From Candidatus Nealsonbacteria bacterium (GTDB lineage: Bacteria; Patescibacteriota; Minisyncoccia; Minisyncoccales; RBG-13-36-15): 64,000 nucleotides of DNA. The position numbers and the translations under genes were made by a program. Positions 53,114 to 62,938 of the stretch are shown piece after piece; position 1 is the first letter of the stretch, and each line of letters starts with the position of its first letter. The notes under the pieces are model-generated. The model saw nothing but the letters and a program-made list of their open reading frames with translations, had not been told where the DNA came from and did no database searches. The stretch covers positions 192,334 to 256,333 of the forward strand of contig DRFQ01000009.1 in NCBI GenBank assembly GCA_011050465.1. The letters run 5' to 3'.

Positions 53114-54712
53114 TTACTCATATTCAATGGTGGCTGGAGGTTTCTGAGAAATATCGTAAAGAACTCTATTAACGCCTTTTACTTCATTAATAATTCTATT
53201 TGAAATTTTCTCTAAAACATCTCCGGGAATTTTTGCCCAATCGGCCGTCATTCCATCTTTAGAACTAACTGCTCGCAAAGAAACGATGTATTCATAAGTT
53301 CTGGTATCCCCCATTACTCCTACACTTTTAAGCGGCAGCAAGGAGGCAAATGCTTGCCAAATTTTATCGTATAGTTTGGCTTTTTTTAATTCAGCGATAA
53401 AAATACTGTCAGCTTCTCTTAAAATTGATAATCTTTCTTTGGTAACCTCACCCAGTATTCTTATAGATAAGCCTGGGCCCGGAAAGGGATGTCTTTTAAT
53501 AATGGATTTTGGCAGTCCTAATTTTTCTCCCAACTTTCTTACTTCGTCTTTATAAAGATCCTTAATCGGTTCAATAATTTGGAACTTTAATTTCCTTGGC
53601 AAGGCAATATTATGATGGCTTTTAATTTTCGCTGCTTTGTTAAAAGGTTGGGCGGATTCAATCCGGTCCGGATAAATAGTTCCTTGAGCCAAGAATTTAA
53701 TTTTTACTTCTTTTTCTATTTCTTTAACTTTTCTTTCAAAAACTTTTATAAAGGTTTTGCCAATTATTTTTCTTTTCTTTTCAGGATCAATAACATTATT
53801 TAAATTAGCAAGAAATTCGTTTGAAGAATCAACGAAGGAAAAATTTTTAAATCCTACTTTTTTGAAAGTTTTTCTAATTTCATCTGCTTCTTTCTTTCGA
53901 AGCAAACCGTTATCAATAAAAACAGCGTAAAGATTATCCCCTATTGCCTTCTGTAATAAAACTGCTGCAACGAAAGAATCGACCCCTCCTGAAACTCCTA
54001 TGAGAACTGGCTTTTTCCCTATTTGTGCCTGTATCTTGGCGATAATATTGTCTTTAATGTCTCCGATTTTCCAAACTTTCTTTTCCCTGCAAATGTCATA
54101 AATAAAATTCTTTAGGATATCTAATCCGTGGACAGTGTGGGTAACCTCCGGGTGAAATTGAACTCCAAAAATTTTATTATCATCATCGGCAAAAGCAGCT
54201 ATTCTACAGGTCCTGCTTTCGGCAATTCTCTTAAAATTTTGAGGTAATTTTATGACTGAATCGCCATGAGAAAACCACACTTTCTCTTTTTTATTAAGCC
54301 CTTTAAATAACCCCCCACCACTTTTCGTGTGGTCTGTTTGGCCAAATTTATCTCCTTGAAAAGTGGTGGGGGGTAAATTACTTTTTTCTAAAATTGTGAT
54401 GGTTTCTCTGCCATATTCTCCTGATTTTCCTCTTTTGACTTTTCCGCCAAGCATTTTAGTTATGAGTTGCTGGCCATAACAAATTCCTAAAATTGGGATA
54501 TTTAGTTTAAAAATTCCCTTCGTAGGAAAAAGAGCGTCTTTGTCGTAAATAGAAAAAGGACCACCAGAAAGAATCAGTCCTTTGGGGTTAAACTTTTTAA
54601 TTTGAGATACTTTGGAGTCAAAAGGCAGAATTTCCGAATAACACCCCAGCTCTCTTATTCTTCGAGAAATTAAATGAGTATATTGACTTCCAAAATTCAA
54701 AACAATTATCAT
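53114..54712 (-). CDS. guaA: GMP synthase (glutamine-hydrolysing)
   Basis: GATase block (ILGICYGQQL, FGVQFHPE), ATP-PPase P-loop (GVSGGVDS), and the C-terminal dimerisation domain ending PPATIEYE. Confidence 0.95.
   Translation of the reverse strand: MIIVLNFGSQYTHLISRRIRELGCYSEILPFDSKVSQIKKFNPKGLILSGGPFSIYDKDALFPTKGIFKLNIPILGICYGQQLITKMLGGKVKRGKSGEYGRETITILEKSNLPPTTFQGDKFGQTDHTKSGGGLFKGLNKKEKVWFSHGDSVIKLPQNFKRIAESRTCRIAAFADDDNKIFGVQFHPEVTHTVHGLDILKNFIYDICREKKVWKIGDIKDNIIAKIQAQIGKKPVLIGVSGGVDSFVAAVLLQKAIGDNLYAVFIDNGLLRKKEADEIRKTFKKVGFKNFSFVDSSNEFLANLNNVIDPEKKRKIIGKTFIKVFERKVKEIEKEVKIKFLAQGTIYPDRIESAQPFNKAAKIKSHHNIALPRKLKFQIIEPIKDLYKDEVRKLGEKLGLPKSIIKRHPFPGPGLSIRILGEVTKERLSILREADSIFIAELKKAKLYDKIWQAFASLLPLKSVGVMGDTRTYEYIVSLRAVSSKDGMTADWAKIPGDVLEKISNRIINEVKGVNRVLYDISQKPPATIEYE
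54310..54374. repeat. palindromic element inserted in frame in guaA
   Basis: Perfect 16-bp inverted repeat accccccaccactttt (54310-54325) / aaaagtggtggggggt (54359-54374). Encodes LPPTTFQGDKFGQTDHTKSGGG within the GATase domain. Confidence 0.75.
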
Positions 54713-54935
54713 TGATTTATTTTACCATAATTAAAAAGCCCCGAGAATAACTCTCGGACAGCCAATTCCCCTGGCCGGACGATGCTGAGAAACTTTATCG
54801 TTCCTTTCAAAACAGACCTTCACATTGGTATTCCTTCTGAAATTTATGAAGAAAGTCTTGTGAAATTGCTTTATTTTTGCTATTATACGGTTGCTTTTCC
54901 ATTATTTTACCTTATTGTAACAAAAAATCTAAAAA

Positions 54936-55778
54936 ATGCTTGACTTCATTAATAATCTCAATTTAGATTCTGGTATAAAACTCCTGAGATCGGTTTTAAT
55001 ATTTGTAATCTTAATTTCGCTATCTAATATTCTCCTCGGAATGGCAAAACGAAGGATCCTCAAAAGAACTAAATCAAAAAAACAACAGTCAAACATCGAA
55101 ATTCTCTCACGGGCAATCAAGTATTTTATCTTTGTTATAGTATTCATCTTTGCCATTCTGGTTTATACCGGCTCTCTGGGTGGAATAGGATTAGCTGCAG
55201 GTTTTCTAACGGCTGCCTTGGGTTTCGCTCTCCAAAAACCAATTAGCGGGGTTGCTGCCTGGTTAATGGTAGTCATTAACAGGCCCTTTGAAATCGGAGA
55301 CAGAATAAGTATCGGCGAGGTAAAAGGCGATGTATTAGGTATAACCCTATCTCACACTCATATTGGAGAAATTGGCGGAACCATAGAAGCTGAAGAAAAA
55401 TCGGGAAGAGTTATTTTAATTCCAAACTCTAAGTTATTTGAACAAAATGTCATCAATTACACAAAAACGGGAGAAACTATTTTAGATGACGTAAAGCTCT
55501 CTATAACTTTTGAGTCTGATCTGGAGAAAGCGAAAGAAATTGCTCTTCAGTCTGCAAAAAAAATCCTTAAAGATTTTATCGAAAAAACAGAGGAATCATA
55601 CTTAAGAATTTCGTTCCAACCCTCCGGAATAGATATTATCGTCCGGTATCATGCCCCGGCTGACTCTCGAGTAAAAATAGAAAGCTTAATTACCGAAGAA
55701 ATATTTAAGAAAATTCAGAGCTCCAAAAATATAGAATTTGCTTATCCTCATATGGAAGTTTTGCTTAGACAAAAATAA
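54936..55778 (+). CDS. small-conductance mechanosensitive channel (MscS family)
   Basis: Three TM helices, then PFEIGDRISIGEVKGDVLGITLSHTHIGE...VILIPNSKLF. Confidence 0.8.
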   Translation: MLDFINNLNLDSGIKLLRSVLIFVILISLSNILLGMAKRRILKRTKSKKQQSNIEILSRAIKYFIFVIVFIFAILVYTGSLGGIGLAAGFLTAALGFALQKPISGVAAWLMVVINRPFEIGDRISIGEVKGDVLGITLSHTHIGEIGGTIEAEEKSGRVILIPNSKLFEQNVINYTKTGETILDDVKLSITFESDLEKAKEIALQSAKKILKDFIEKTEESYLRISFQPSGIDIIVRYHAPADSRVKIESLITEEIFKKIQSSKNIEFAYPHMEVLLRQK

Positions 55779-55956
55779 ATAATTTTATACTTCTTTTAAG
55801 GAACAAATTAATTTTAGCAAGCACAAGAAGAAAGATTCAGCATTATTATCAACTAGCCAAAGTCCAAAAAATTTTAACAAAAAGCCCTGATTGAGGGCTT
55901 TTTTTGTTTTCCGGGACTTATCTATTTTTTCTTCTTACCATCCCGGAAAAAATTTG

Positions 55957-56028
55957 TGGGTGAGGCAGGATTTGAACCTGTAACCCCTGCGATGTGACCG
56001 CAGTGCTCTGCCATTGAGCTACTCACCC
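55957..56028 (-). tRNA. tRNA-Val (anticodon CAC)
   Basis: Acceptor GGGTGAG/CTCACCC, D-arm GCTC-AATGGC-AGAGC, anticodon stem CTGCG/CGCAG with loop GTCACAT, T-loop TTCAAAT. One A-C mismatch at the top of the T-stem. Confidence 0.8.
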
Positions 56029-56184
56029 AAGAAAGAGAAGACGCTCCCCGCCCCGTAGTCAAATAACGAAACATTTGTGCTATGGGGTAACCGGTCGAAC
56101 TATACGCCCTCACCAATTTTTTAGCATTTTTATTTTTATGTGTAAAGGATATAATAAATTAAGGCATTATGCCTTATAAAAAAC

Positions 56185-58173
56185 ATGCAAGTTTTTGAAT
56201 TTCATTTTAATCCGAAAGCCAAAGAAGATGTCATTTACGATAGCTTTGTTTTTGAGCCGGAAAATATCTGGGAAAGAAAAATGGGCAAGCTTTATATGGT
56301 AGGTACTCTCTCTAATGTTTTACCTCAGAATACCAGATTCCTAGAACAATTAAGCGCTCAAATTAAAAAAGAATATTATCGGGTTACAGAACGTTCTCCG
56401 GAACTCTCTCTCGGAGAATGTTTAAAGGAAGCTAATGAATTTTTGGCAGAAGAGACCAAGAAAGGAAATGTTAGTTGGCTGGGAAATCTTGATTTTGCCG
56501 TTCTTTCTTTAAAAGACAATACTATCAATTTCACAACCACGGGAGATATTTCACTTTTTATTCTAAGAGAAGGGCAAATAACCGATATTAATCAAACCTT
56601 AAGGCTGCAGGAAATAGAACCATATCCGCTAAAAATTTTTAGCAATACTGTTTCTGGAAAAATTTCTTCCGATGATAGAATAGTGATTTTAACCAAAAAA
56701 GTCTCTGATTTTTTTGCTGCTGAAAATCTATTAGAAGATATTGCTAAGCTGGAAAAAATCGGAGAAAAAGAACTCAAAAAGATATTTCAAAAGAAAGAAT
56801 TTATTTCTTCAGAAATTTCTGGAATTTGCTTTTTAGTTGATTTGGTTGGAGAAGAAACTGCTAAAGAAAGGGTGACTCTTGAAAAAAAGATATTACCTTT
56901 TTCAATTTGGCAAATTTCGAACTTCTTTTCAAAAGAAAAAATTCGAAAGTTATTGTTGAAATTAAAGCCTTCTCAAATTCAAGTAAAAATTCCTCAGGAG
57001 CTAAAATTCCAACTTCCTGTCTTCAGCTTATTTAAACTGCCGGTTCTCAATTTGCTTACAAGATTACCAAAAGTCAGTATTTCCCAGGCTTCCAAAAGAA
57101 ATTCACTATTAATCTTAATCCTTATTTTCGTCCTTACTGTAGGAGGATTTTTGGCGAATCTTGAAAGAAAAGGAGAGATCGAAAAAATTCAGCTTATCTT
57201 AGTTGAGGTGGAAGAAAAGATTCAATCAGCCCAAGAAGCTCTAATTTCGGAAAATAGAGAAAAGGCCAATACACTCTATCAACAGGCCTGGGACATAATT
57301 CTACCTTTAGATAAAACTGACAGTCCGGTAGAAAATAAAGTTTTTCAATTAAAAAACTTAATTGAATCCCAGCTTATTCCTTTAAATAAACTGGAAATAA
57401 TCGATAATCCAGAAATAATTTTTGATTTTGGAACAGTTAATTTTACTCCCCAGAAAATGGTTGGATTTAAAGAAAAACTCTATTTATTTAATCCTTATTT
57501 GGCGGATATTTATCGATTAGAACCAAAAGAAAAAGGAGTTGATGCCATTCAGGTTGAAGACAAATTTAATTTAGCGGCTGCCTTAGAAAAAAAGGGTATG
57601 CTTCTATTTTTTTCCCGGCCCAATAAATTATTTTCTTTTGAAGAAAATCAGTTTAGACGGGCCTTCTTCCTTAAAGACCCATATCCTGATTATCAATTCA
57701 ATGATTTCGCTATTTTTCAGTTAAACCTTTACTTCCTGGATAATAAAAAGGGAGAAATTTTAAAATATTCTTTCAATGAAAATCGGATTGAATTTCAGGG
57801 AAGTCTCTGGCTTAGCTTAGCGACGAAAAAACCAATTGATGCAAAATCAATGGCAATAGATGGTTCAATTTGGATTTTAACTAAAGGGTATGAAATCGAG
57901 AAATACACCAAGGGCTTCTTTGAAGAAAAACTTGAGTTTAATTTCTTTCCTTACATTGAAAAGCCAACTAAAATCTTTACCGCAGACAATCTTCCTTATC
58001 TCTATATTTTAGAGCCGGCAGAAAAAAGAATCATCATTACAACTAAAGAGGGGGAAATTTTGCAACAATTTCAGTCAGACCAATTCAATAATTTAAAAGA
58101 TTTTTCAGTATCAGAAGATGGTAAAACAATTTATCTTTTAAACGGAATTAAGGTTTATAAAGTCGGATTTTGA
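56185..58173 (+). CDS. hypothetical membrane protein (N-terminal PP2C/SpoIIE-like segment tentative; C-terminal beta-rich domain)
   Basis: 662-aa ORF with a central TM helix (LLILILIFVLTVGGFLANL). FTTTGDISLFILREGQI...SSDDRIVILTKKV vaguely recalls PP2C-type strands. Confidence 0.55.
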   Translation: MQVFEFHFNPKAKEDVIYDSFVFEPENIWERKMGKLYMVGTLSNVLPQNTRFLEQLSAQIKKEYYRVTERSPELSLGECLKEANEFLAEETKKGNVSWLGNLDFAVLSLKDNTINFTTTGDISLFILREGQITDINQTLRLQEIEPYPLKIFSNTVSGKISSDDRIVILTKKVSDFFAAENLLEDIAKLEKIGEKELKKIFQKKEFISSEISGICFLVDLVGEETAKERVTLEKKILPFSIWQISNFFSKEKIRKLLLKLKPSQIQVKIPQELKFQLPVFSLFKLPVLNLLTRLPKVSISQASKRNSLLILILIFVLTVGGFLANLERKGEIEKIQLILVEVEEKIQSAQEALISENREKANTLYQQAWDIILPLDKTDSPVENKVFQLKNLIESQLIPLNKLEIIDNPEIIFDFGTVNFTPQKMVGFKEKLYLFNPYLADIYRLEPKEKGVDAIQVEDKFNLAAALEKKGMLLFFSRPNKLFSFEENQFRRAFFLKDPYPDYQFNDFAIFQLNLYFLDNKKGEILKYSFNENRIEFQGSLWLSLATKKPIDAKSMAIDGSIWILTKGYEIEKYTKGFFEEKLEFNFFPYIEKPTKIFTADNLPYLYILEPAEKRIIITTKEGEILQQFQSDQFNNLKDFSVSEDGKTIYLLNGIKVYKVGF

Positions 58174-58251
58174 CAGTTATTGTTTTGATTAAAATAAAGT
58201 AAAAGCCGGGCTCAGCCCGGCTTTTACTTTACAAGATATTACTGAATATTC

Positions 58252-61200
58252 TTAGAAAAAAGGTCTTTTTTTCTTTTCTTCCTCTTTTTTTCTTTTACCG
58301 AAAAATAACAAAATAATCAATAGAATAATTGGAAAAAACAGAATCCAGTAATATTGCATAAGGAAAGCCATAATAACAGATATTGCTGCAGCAGTAATTA
58401 ATATCAACCAAGTATTTTCATCTTCTTTTTTTATTCCTTTTTTCGTTAAGTAGAATAAAATAAACAATGCAACTAAAGCTAAAAGTAAAATCCAAAAGAG
58501 ATTTCCTGAGAAGTCTTTTAGATTGAAGATACCACTAATTGCTGCTAAGAACTGATTGAAACCTAATCCTCCCTCTTCTTCGGCTTCAGCAGTGATAACT
58601 TCTTCTTCCTCTTCTTCTTCCTCTTCAATCTCTTCTTCAATCTCTTCTTCAATCTCTTCTGCCTCGGTTTCAACCACTGGAGTCTCAGTTGGAACCTGAG
58701 GAGAAATTATCTCTATCTCTGCTCTTAATGTCTCTATCCTATCCCCTATTTCCTTTAGTCCTTTTTCTATGTCCTCAAGAGGAATTTCTTCTGCTTCTTC
58801 TTCAACACCTTCTTCTTGAACACTTCCAGTAGTAAAGGTCAGCTCTCTGCCTAAAATTTCGGGCGGTGAACTATGTGAGATTGCCCGCCAGAAATAAGTA
58901 GTGTTTGGAGTTAAACCTATAATTATTACTGTATGGAAAGTAACTTTATTTACATCTTCAGTTATTGAGAAAGCGTAGCCATAATTCGGAGAATCATTTA
59001 AGGTAGAATGAAAAACGGTGTCATAAACAACTCGGCTGGTAGCCGGCATATTAGTAAACCAAGTAACAGTAACTGTATCTGTTAAGACTTCCTCGTTTTT
59101 CTCATTAAATACAGTTAATCCAAAGATTACAACCGAACCGCCTCCGCCACTGACAGGCGGACTTACTTGACAATCAGAATCATCTCCATCAACGTTTCCA
59201 TCACTATCATCATCTATACCGTTGTCGCAAATTTCTTCAACGCCCGGATTAACATCCGGGTTATTGTCATCGCTGTCTATTAAACCGCAATCACCTCCTT
59301 CTACCGCATAACCATCGCCATCATTGTCTGTGCAGGATAAATAATTCGCGAAATCAATATCTGACAAGGTCTCATTTTCATCAATAGAAACTATGTATGA
59401 AAGGCTGCCCGGGTAGGTCTGAATCCAACCAGTCTGACCCGCCATAGATTCGCTTACCCTGTAGTTCCCTGCCTCTAGTCCGTCAAAAAGATAACATCCT
59501 TGGTTGTCTCCTTCCTGCGGGGTGATAGCAGAGGTAACCTGTTCCCAATCTTCGCCGTTTTGTTTTTCCAAAACGATTGTCCAGCCGCCCAGTTTTTCTT
59601 CTTCCTGGTCAATTTGGCCGTTATTATTAATATCATTATATTTACAACCAGAAATGATAGTGTCTTCTGGCTCTGGTTCTGGCTCTGGTTCTTCTGCACA
59701 ACTATCATTTACGGCCCCCGGAGTCCCTAAGTCTCCATCTCCGAAAGAAGAAGTAGAAACACACCAATTAGCTCCTACATTATTATCTAAAACAGGGTCA
59801 GCTAAGATCATTGAAGCTCCTGTGGGATTCGGGAAGTCAGGGCCGCCGTCATATTCGACACGGTCTATTTCGGTATCATCGCATTCAAGGATAATTTCAT
59901 CTGCAGTATTAACCAAAAAGAAGCTAGAGTAAACATAATCCGGGGTTATACCTCCGTTTTCTCCGGGATTACCGTTTCTGGCTAAAACTGCATAGCTGGC
60001 AGCTGGCACCACTAAAGAAGAATTAATTGTATGGCTGTTTATGTCATCATCTCGAATTAAGCATCCTTCAAGATCAATATCGCTGTCGGTAGTATTATAA
60101 ATTTCAAACCACTCTCCATCCGAATCAGAAACAGTATCTGGATTTTGTATTATTTCATTAATGACAATATCACCGGGTTGAACGCCTTCTTCTGGCTCTT
60201 CTTCTTCGGAAGCATTGAAAGCTATACAGTAATATGTTTCTCCTAATTGCGGAGCTCTAATATAGTCATAATTATCATAATTCAGTATATCATCATGGCA
60301 TAACATTTCTGCTGAAACATCGTCTTGTAAGCCACCGTAAAAATTAGCAAAAGGACTATAATTTTCTTTTAGATTCTCTCTAACCCAAATTTTTGAAACA
60401 CCTTCTTCTATCTCATTAATCTGAACTTGGGCAGGAATATCTATTCCTGTTGAAAAACTAAAATCATTCCATCCTGTTCCTTCGGGAGCTGGACCAATAT
60501 GGTCGCCTGCCTGCTTTTGGGCTTGTCCGTTAAATCCCCATTGAAAGTCCCAATCAGCTTCAAGCCAACATTTACCATTACTGGCTGTCACATAATCTTG
60601 AGCAGTGTTCTCGGTAATTATGTCCGGCTTTCCTGACTGGACTCCCAAAGTAGCCCAATTCGGCAGATCCTCTTCGCTCTCACAAACTACCTTGTAGGCA
60701 AGAATAGTTAAAGACTCTTGCTGAATCTCTTGATATTGATTAAGAACCACCAATGTTCTGTCTGGCCAGTTTTCAGTTAAAACAATGTGGCCATCAACAT
60801 TTTTATCACGGGAACCGTCATTTGAATAATCTTCATCAAAGAGCTTATCATCATATTCGAAGAAATCATCCAAGCTTGTTACTTGTATAGTAAATTGGTC
60901 ATTATATAAAGGTTCTTCCCAGCCAGAATCCGGACTCGTTTCCTCTCCATAATAATAACCGCCCAGGGTAAGATCAGTGTAGGTAATACATTGGGCGTCA
61001 TTAGCTTCATCATCACCAATTAAATCATCAGTGAATAATAATGGAGTTGTAAATGTTGAAGTTGGTATTTCGCCTGCCGGTGAGCCGGTTGAAAGTTCAG
61101 GATCTGGCGTAAGTCCAGAGATATTAAATTCAGCGCCAAAAAGCTCAGAACCATCTACTATATTTTCCTCAGAATCAATAATAATTTTACAAACAGTTAT

Positions 61201-61722
61201 TGAACCAAGTGTTTCAGGTTCTTCTTCGATTGGTGCCTGATAATTACCAAAATCTACTCCGTCCGCATCTTCATCTTCTATTTCTATAATATGACAGCCA
61301 TTATTATCGGCAGGATAAGTTTGTTCCCAATCCTCTTGCTGGGTTTCACAAACCGTATAACTGCCAGAAGACAAGTCAGAGAAGTTGTAATTACCCTCTT
61401 CGTTAGTGGTAGTAGAGTCGTTAAGTTGGTCAGGGCCTTCAATGTTTATAGTCCAACCTTCGAGGCCTGGTTCTTCATCATTGACGCCATTCTCGTTCTC
61501 ATCATTAAACTTCATTCCTGAAATAGCATAGGTTGGTTCGGGTGGTTCTTGGCAACTTGGCCCGGGAACAGTTAAATCAAAATGAGGCTGGTTACCATAC
61601 TCATGATCTTCATCATGATCTCCTGCTTGGCCGGCCTTAATAACAGCTACAGCGCCGATGTAATCAACGGCTGGCTGGCCTGTGATAGTAACAGTAAATG
61701 TTGCATCTGATTCGTGTCCCAT
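58252..61722 (-). CDS. giant surface protein (SdrD-B-like x2, lamin-tail domain, Cys/Asp metal-binding-like repeats, FN3-like, poly-Glu, C-terminal TM helices); downstream frame of a split gene
   Basis: SdrD-B-like GMKFNDENENGVNDEEPGLEGWTINI...GNYNFSDLSSGSYTV and GCKYNDINNNGQIDQEEEKLGGWTIVL...GNYRV. LTD IVINEIIQNP...GEWFEIYN...DLEGC. CTDNDGDGY...CDNGIDDDSDGNVDGDDSDC. FN3-like VTVTWFTNMPATSRVVY. Confidence 0.8.
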   Translation of the reverse strand: MGHESDATFTVTITGQPAVDYIGAVAVIKAGQAGDHDEDHEYGNQPHFDLTVPGPSCQEPPEPTYAISGMKFNDENENGVNDEEPGLEGWTINIEGPDQLNDSTTTNEEGNYNFSDLSSGSYTVCETQQEDWEQTYPADNNGCHIIEIEDEDADGVDFGNYQAPIEEEPETLGSITVCKIIIDSEENIVDGSELFGAEFNISGLTPDPELSTGSPAGEIPTSTFTTPLLFTDDLIGDDEANDAQCITYTDLTLGGYYYGEETSPDSGWEEPLYNDQFTIQVTSLDDFFEYDDKLFDEDYSNDGSRDKNVDGHIVLTENWPDRTLVVLNQYQEIQQESLTILAYKVVCESEEDLPNWATLGVQSGKPDIITENTAQDYVTASNGKCWLEADWDFQWGFNGQAQKQAGDHIGPAPEGTGWNDFSFSTGIDIPAQVQINEIEEGVSKIWVRENLKENYSPFANFYGGLQDDVSAEMLCHDDILNYDNYDYIRAPQLGETYYCIAFNASEEEEPEEGVQPGDIVINEIIQNPDTVSDSDGEWFEIYNTTDSDIDLEGCLIRDDDINSHTINSSLVVPAASYAVLARNGNPGENGGITPDYVYSSFFLVNTADEIILECDDTEIDRVEYDGGPDFPNPTGASMILADPVLDNNVGANWCVSTSSFGDGDLGTPGAVNDSCAEEPEPEPEPEDTIISGCKYNDINNNGQIDQEEEKLGGWTIVLEKQNGEDWEQVTSAITPQEGDNQGCYLFDGLEAGNYRVSESMAGQTGWIQTYPGSLSYIVSIDENETLSDIDFANYLSCTDNDGDGYAVEGGDCGLIDSDDNNPDVNPGVEEICDNGIDDDSDGNVDGDDSDCQVSPPVSGGGGSVVIFGLTVFNEKNEEVLTDTVTVTWFTNMPATSRVVYDTVFHSTLNDSPNYGYAFSITEDVNKVTFHTVIIIGLTPNTTYFWRAISHSSPPEILGRELTFTTGSVQEEGVEEEAEEIPLEDIEKGLKEIGDRIETLRAEIEIISPQVPTETPVVETEAEEIEEEIEEEIEEEEEEEEEVITAEAEEEGGLGFNQFLAAISGIFNLKDFSGNLFWILLLALVALFILFYLTKKGIKKEDENTWLILITAAAISVIMAFLMQYYWILFFPIILLIILLFFGKRKKEEEKKKRPFF

Positions 61723-62141
61723 TCAAAACCATCTTCAATGTTCCATTTGACGCCGTAATGGCCAGTAGATCCGTCAGAATCAACCCACTGGGTCTCTGGA
61801 GTTGTGCTTACAACGCGCTCCCCTTCAGATTCAGAAAAACAGGGCTCCCAAATCCAATGAGAAAGGTCGGGACCCTCACTCGTCTTATCAACGGTATAGC
61901 TCCATGTTGAAGTGTTGTTTTGGCTGTCAGTTGTCCGCTCGTTGAATACAACGTTATACGGATTATCGGAAGCTAACGTAGAAGAAGGAACGCTAAGGAC
62001 AGTAAAACCAAGACCTGCCGCCAAAATTACAGCAAATATTAATTTAAGAGTTTTTTGAAGATAATATGTTCTTGCATCGGAGGTAAAAACAAGAAAGTCG
62101 TTCATATAGTTGTTCATAAAATCACGAAATAACTCGAACAC
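61647..62141 (-). CDS. N-terminal (signal-anchor) fragment of the same surface protein, upstream frame
   Basis: It has a signal anchor LKLIFAVILAAGLGFTVLSVPSSTLA. The frame changes at GAATGGGAC (about 61715-61725), and the 1156-aa ORF resumes in the -1 frame. Confidence 0.6.
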   Translation of the reverse strand: MFELFRDFMNNYMNDFLVFTSDARTYYLQKTLKLIFAVILAAGLGFTVLSVPSSTLASDNPYNVVFNERTTDSQNNTSTWSYTVDKTSEGPDLSHWIWEPCFSESEGERVVSTTPETQWVDSDGSTGHYGVKWNIEDGFEWDTNQMQHLLLLSQASQPLITSAL

Positions 62142-62367
62142 ATCAAAAAAAGGCTAAGGTGAAATGTGCTTAGTTTTTAATCGTTGAGTTATATGTTAAT
62201 GATTTCTCTCTCCTCTATGAAAGAACAAATAAAGAACAATTACCTCCTTAGATATCCTGAAGAACAAACTTTTTTATAAAAAATTTATCCTTTAACGGGA
62301 TAATAAAACTTAATATACTATAATATTTTCGTCAATAGTCGCCCCCCCCCTTAAAATCAACAGGATA

Positions 62368-62916
62368 TCACTCTAAAATATCAATTGAAACATCGCAGCC
62401 GTATTCACCGTTAGAAGCAATAACTCCACCAATATGATCTTGGGCAACATGGCCTACAATGGCCGGCACCTCAAAATAGATTATCCAAACATCAGATAAG
62501 TCGTTGTTTCCAACAAAAGCTTGATTTTCAGTATCCCCTTCTCCTTCAATGCTTACTTTAGTTAAAAAAGGGCAAAGGTTGCGGTAAAAACCTGGCATTG
62601 CCGGATCACCGCCATTTGGATATTCTGGATGTTCTGGCGGTAATGGTTTTCTCTTTTGAATAATTCTATAATTTATCCCGTCTTCCTCGTATTCTTCAAC
62701 AAAATAAATAGTAAAATTGCCCTGATGTTCTTCTCCAGGAAAAACCGTACCAAAATCTAAATTCTCTTCCTGGACTAAGATTGGTAAAATCTGAGCAGAA
62801 ACTTTTGTAGTATCTGCCACTAAACTTGCTAAAACCAAAATGAAACCAACTACTATTGTTAGTAGAATTATCGTCCTTCCTGGTTTTTTTAATATATTGC
62901 TTAACAGCAGGTTCAT
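62368..62916 (-). CDS. hypothetical secreted/anchored protein
   Basis: The start is taken at the ATG at 62916 (MNLLLSNILKKPGRTIILLTIVVGFILVLA). Beta-rich body with LDFGTVFPGEEHQGNFTIYF. Confidence 0.5.
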   Translation of the reverse strand: MNLLLSNILKKPGRTIILLTIVVGFILVLASLVADTTKVSAQILPILVQEENLDFGTVFPGEEHQGNFTIYFVEEYEEDGINYRIIQKRKPLPPEHPEYPNGGDPAMPGFYRNLCPFLTKVSIEGEGDTENQAFVGNNDLSDVWIIYFEVPAIVGHVAQDHIGGVIASNGEYGCDVSIDILE

Positions 62917-62938
62917 CGTTAACAGGTTCGTTATTAAA

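Noticed and set aside
54713-54935. Possible purine-type riboswitch or attenuator in the guaA leader (hairpin ccgaga-ataac-tctcgg at 54741-57, followed by a T-run on the minus strand).
   Set aside because: The stem is only 6 bp and the upstream sequence does not match the purine-riboswitch core as I remember it. An Infernal scan would be needed.
54929-55156. 75-aa minus-strand ORF overlapping the start of the MscS gene.
   Set aside because: It is antisense to a well-supported MscS gene, has no SD and has low-complexity sequence.
55922-56116. 64-aa ORF.
   Set aside because: It overlaps tRNA-Val (55957-56028) on the same strand, so it is an artefact.
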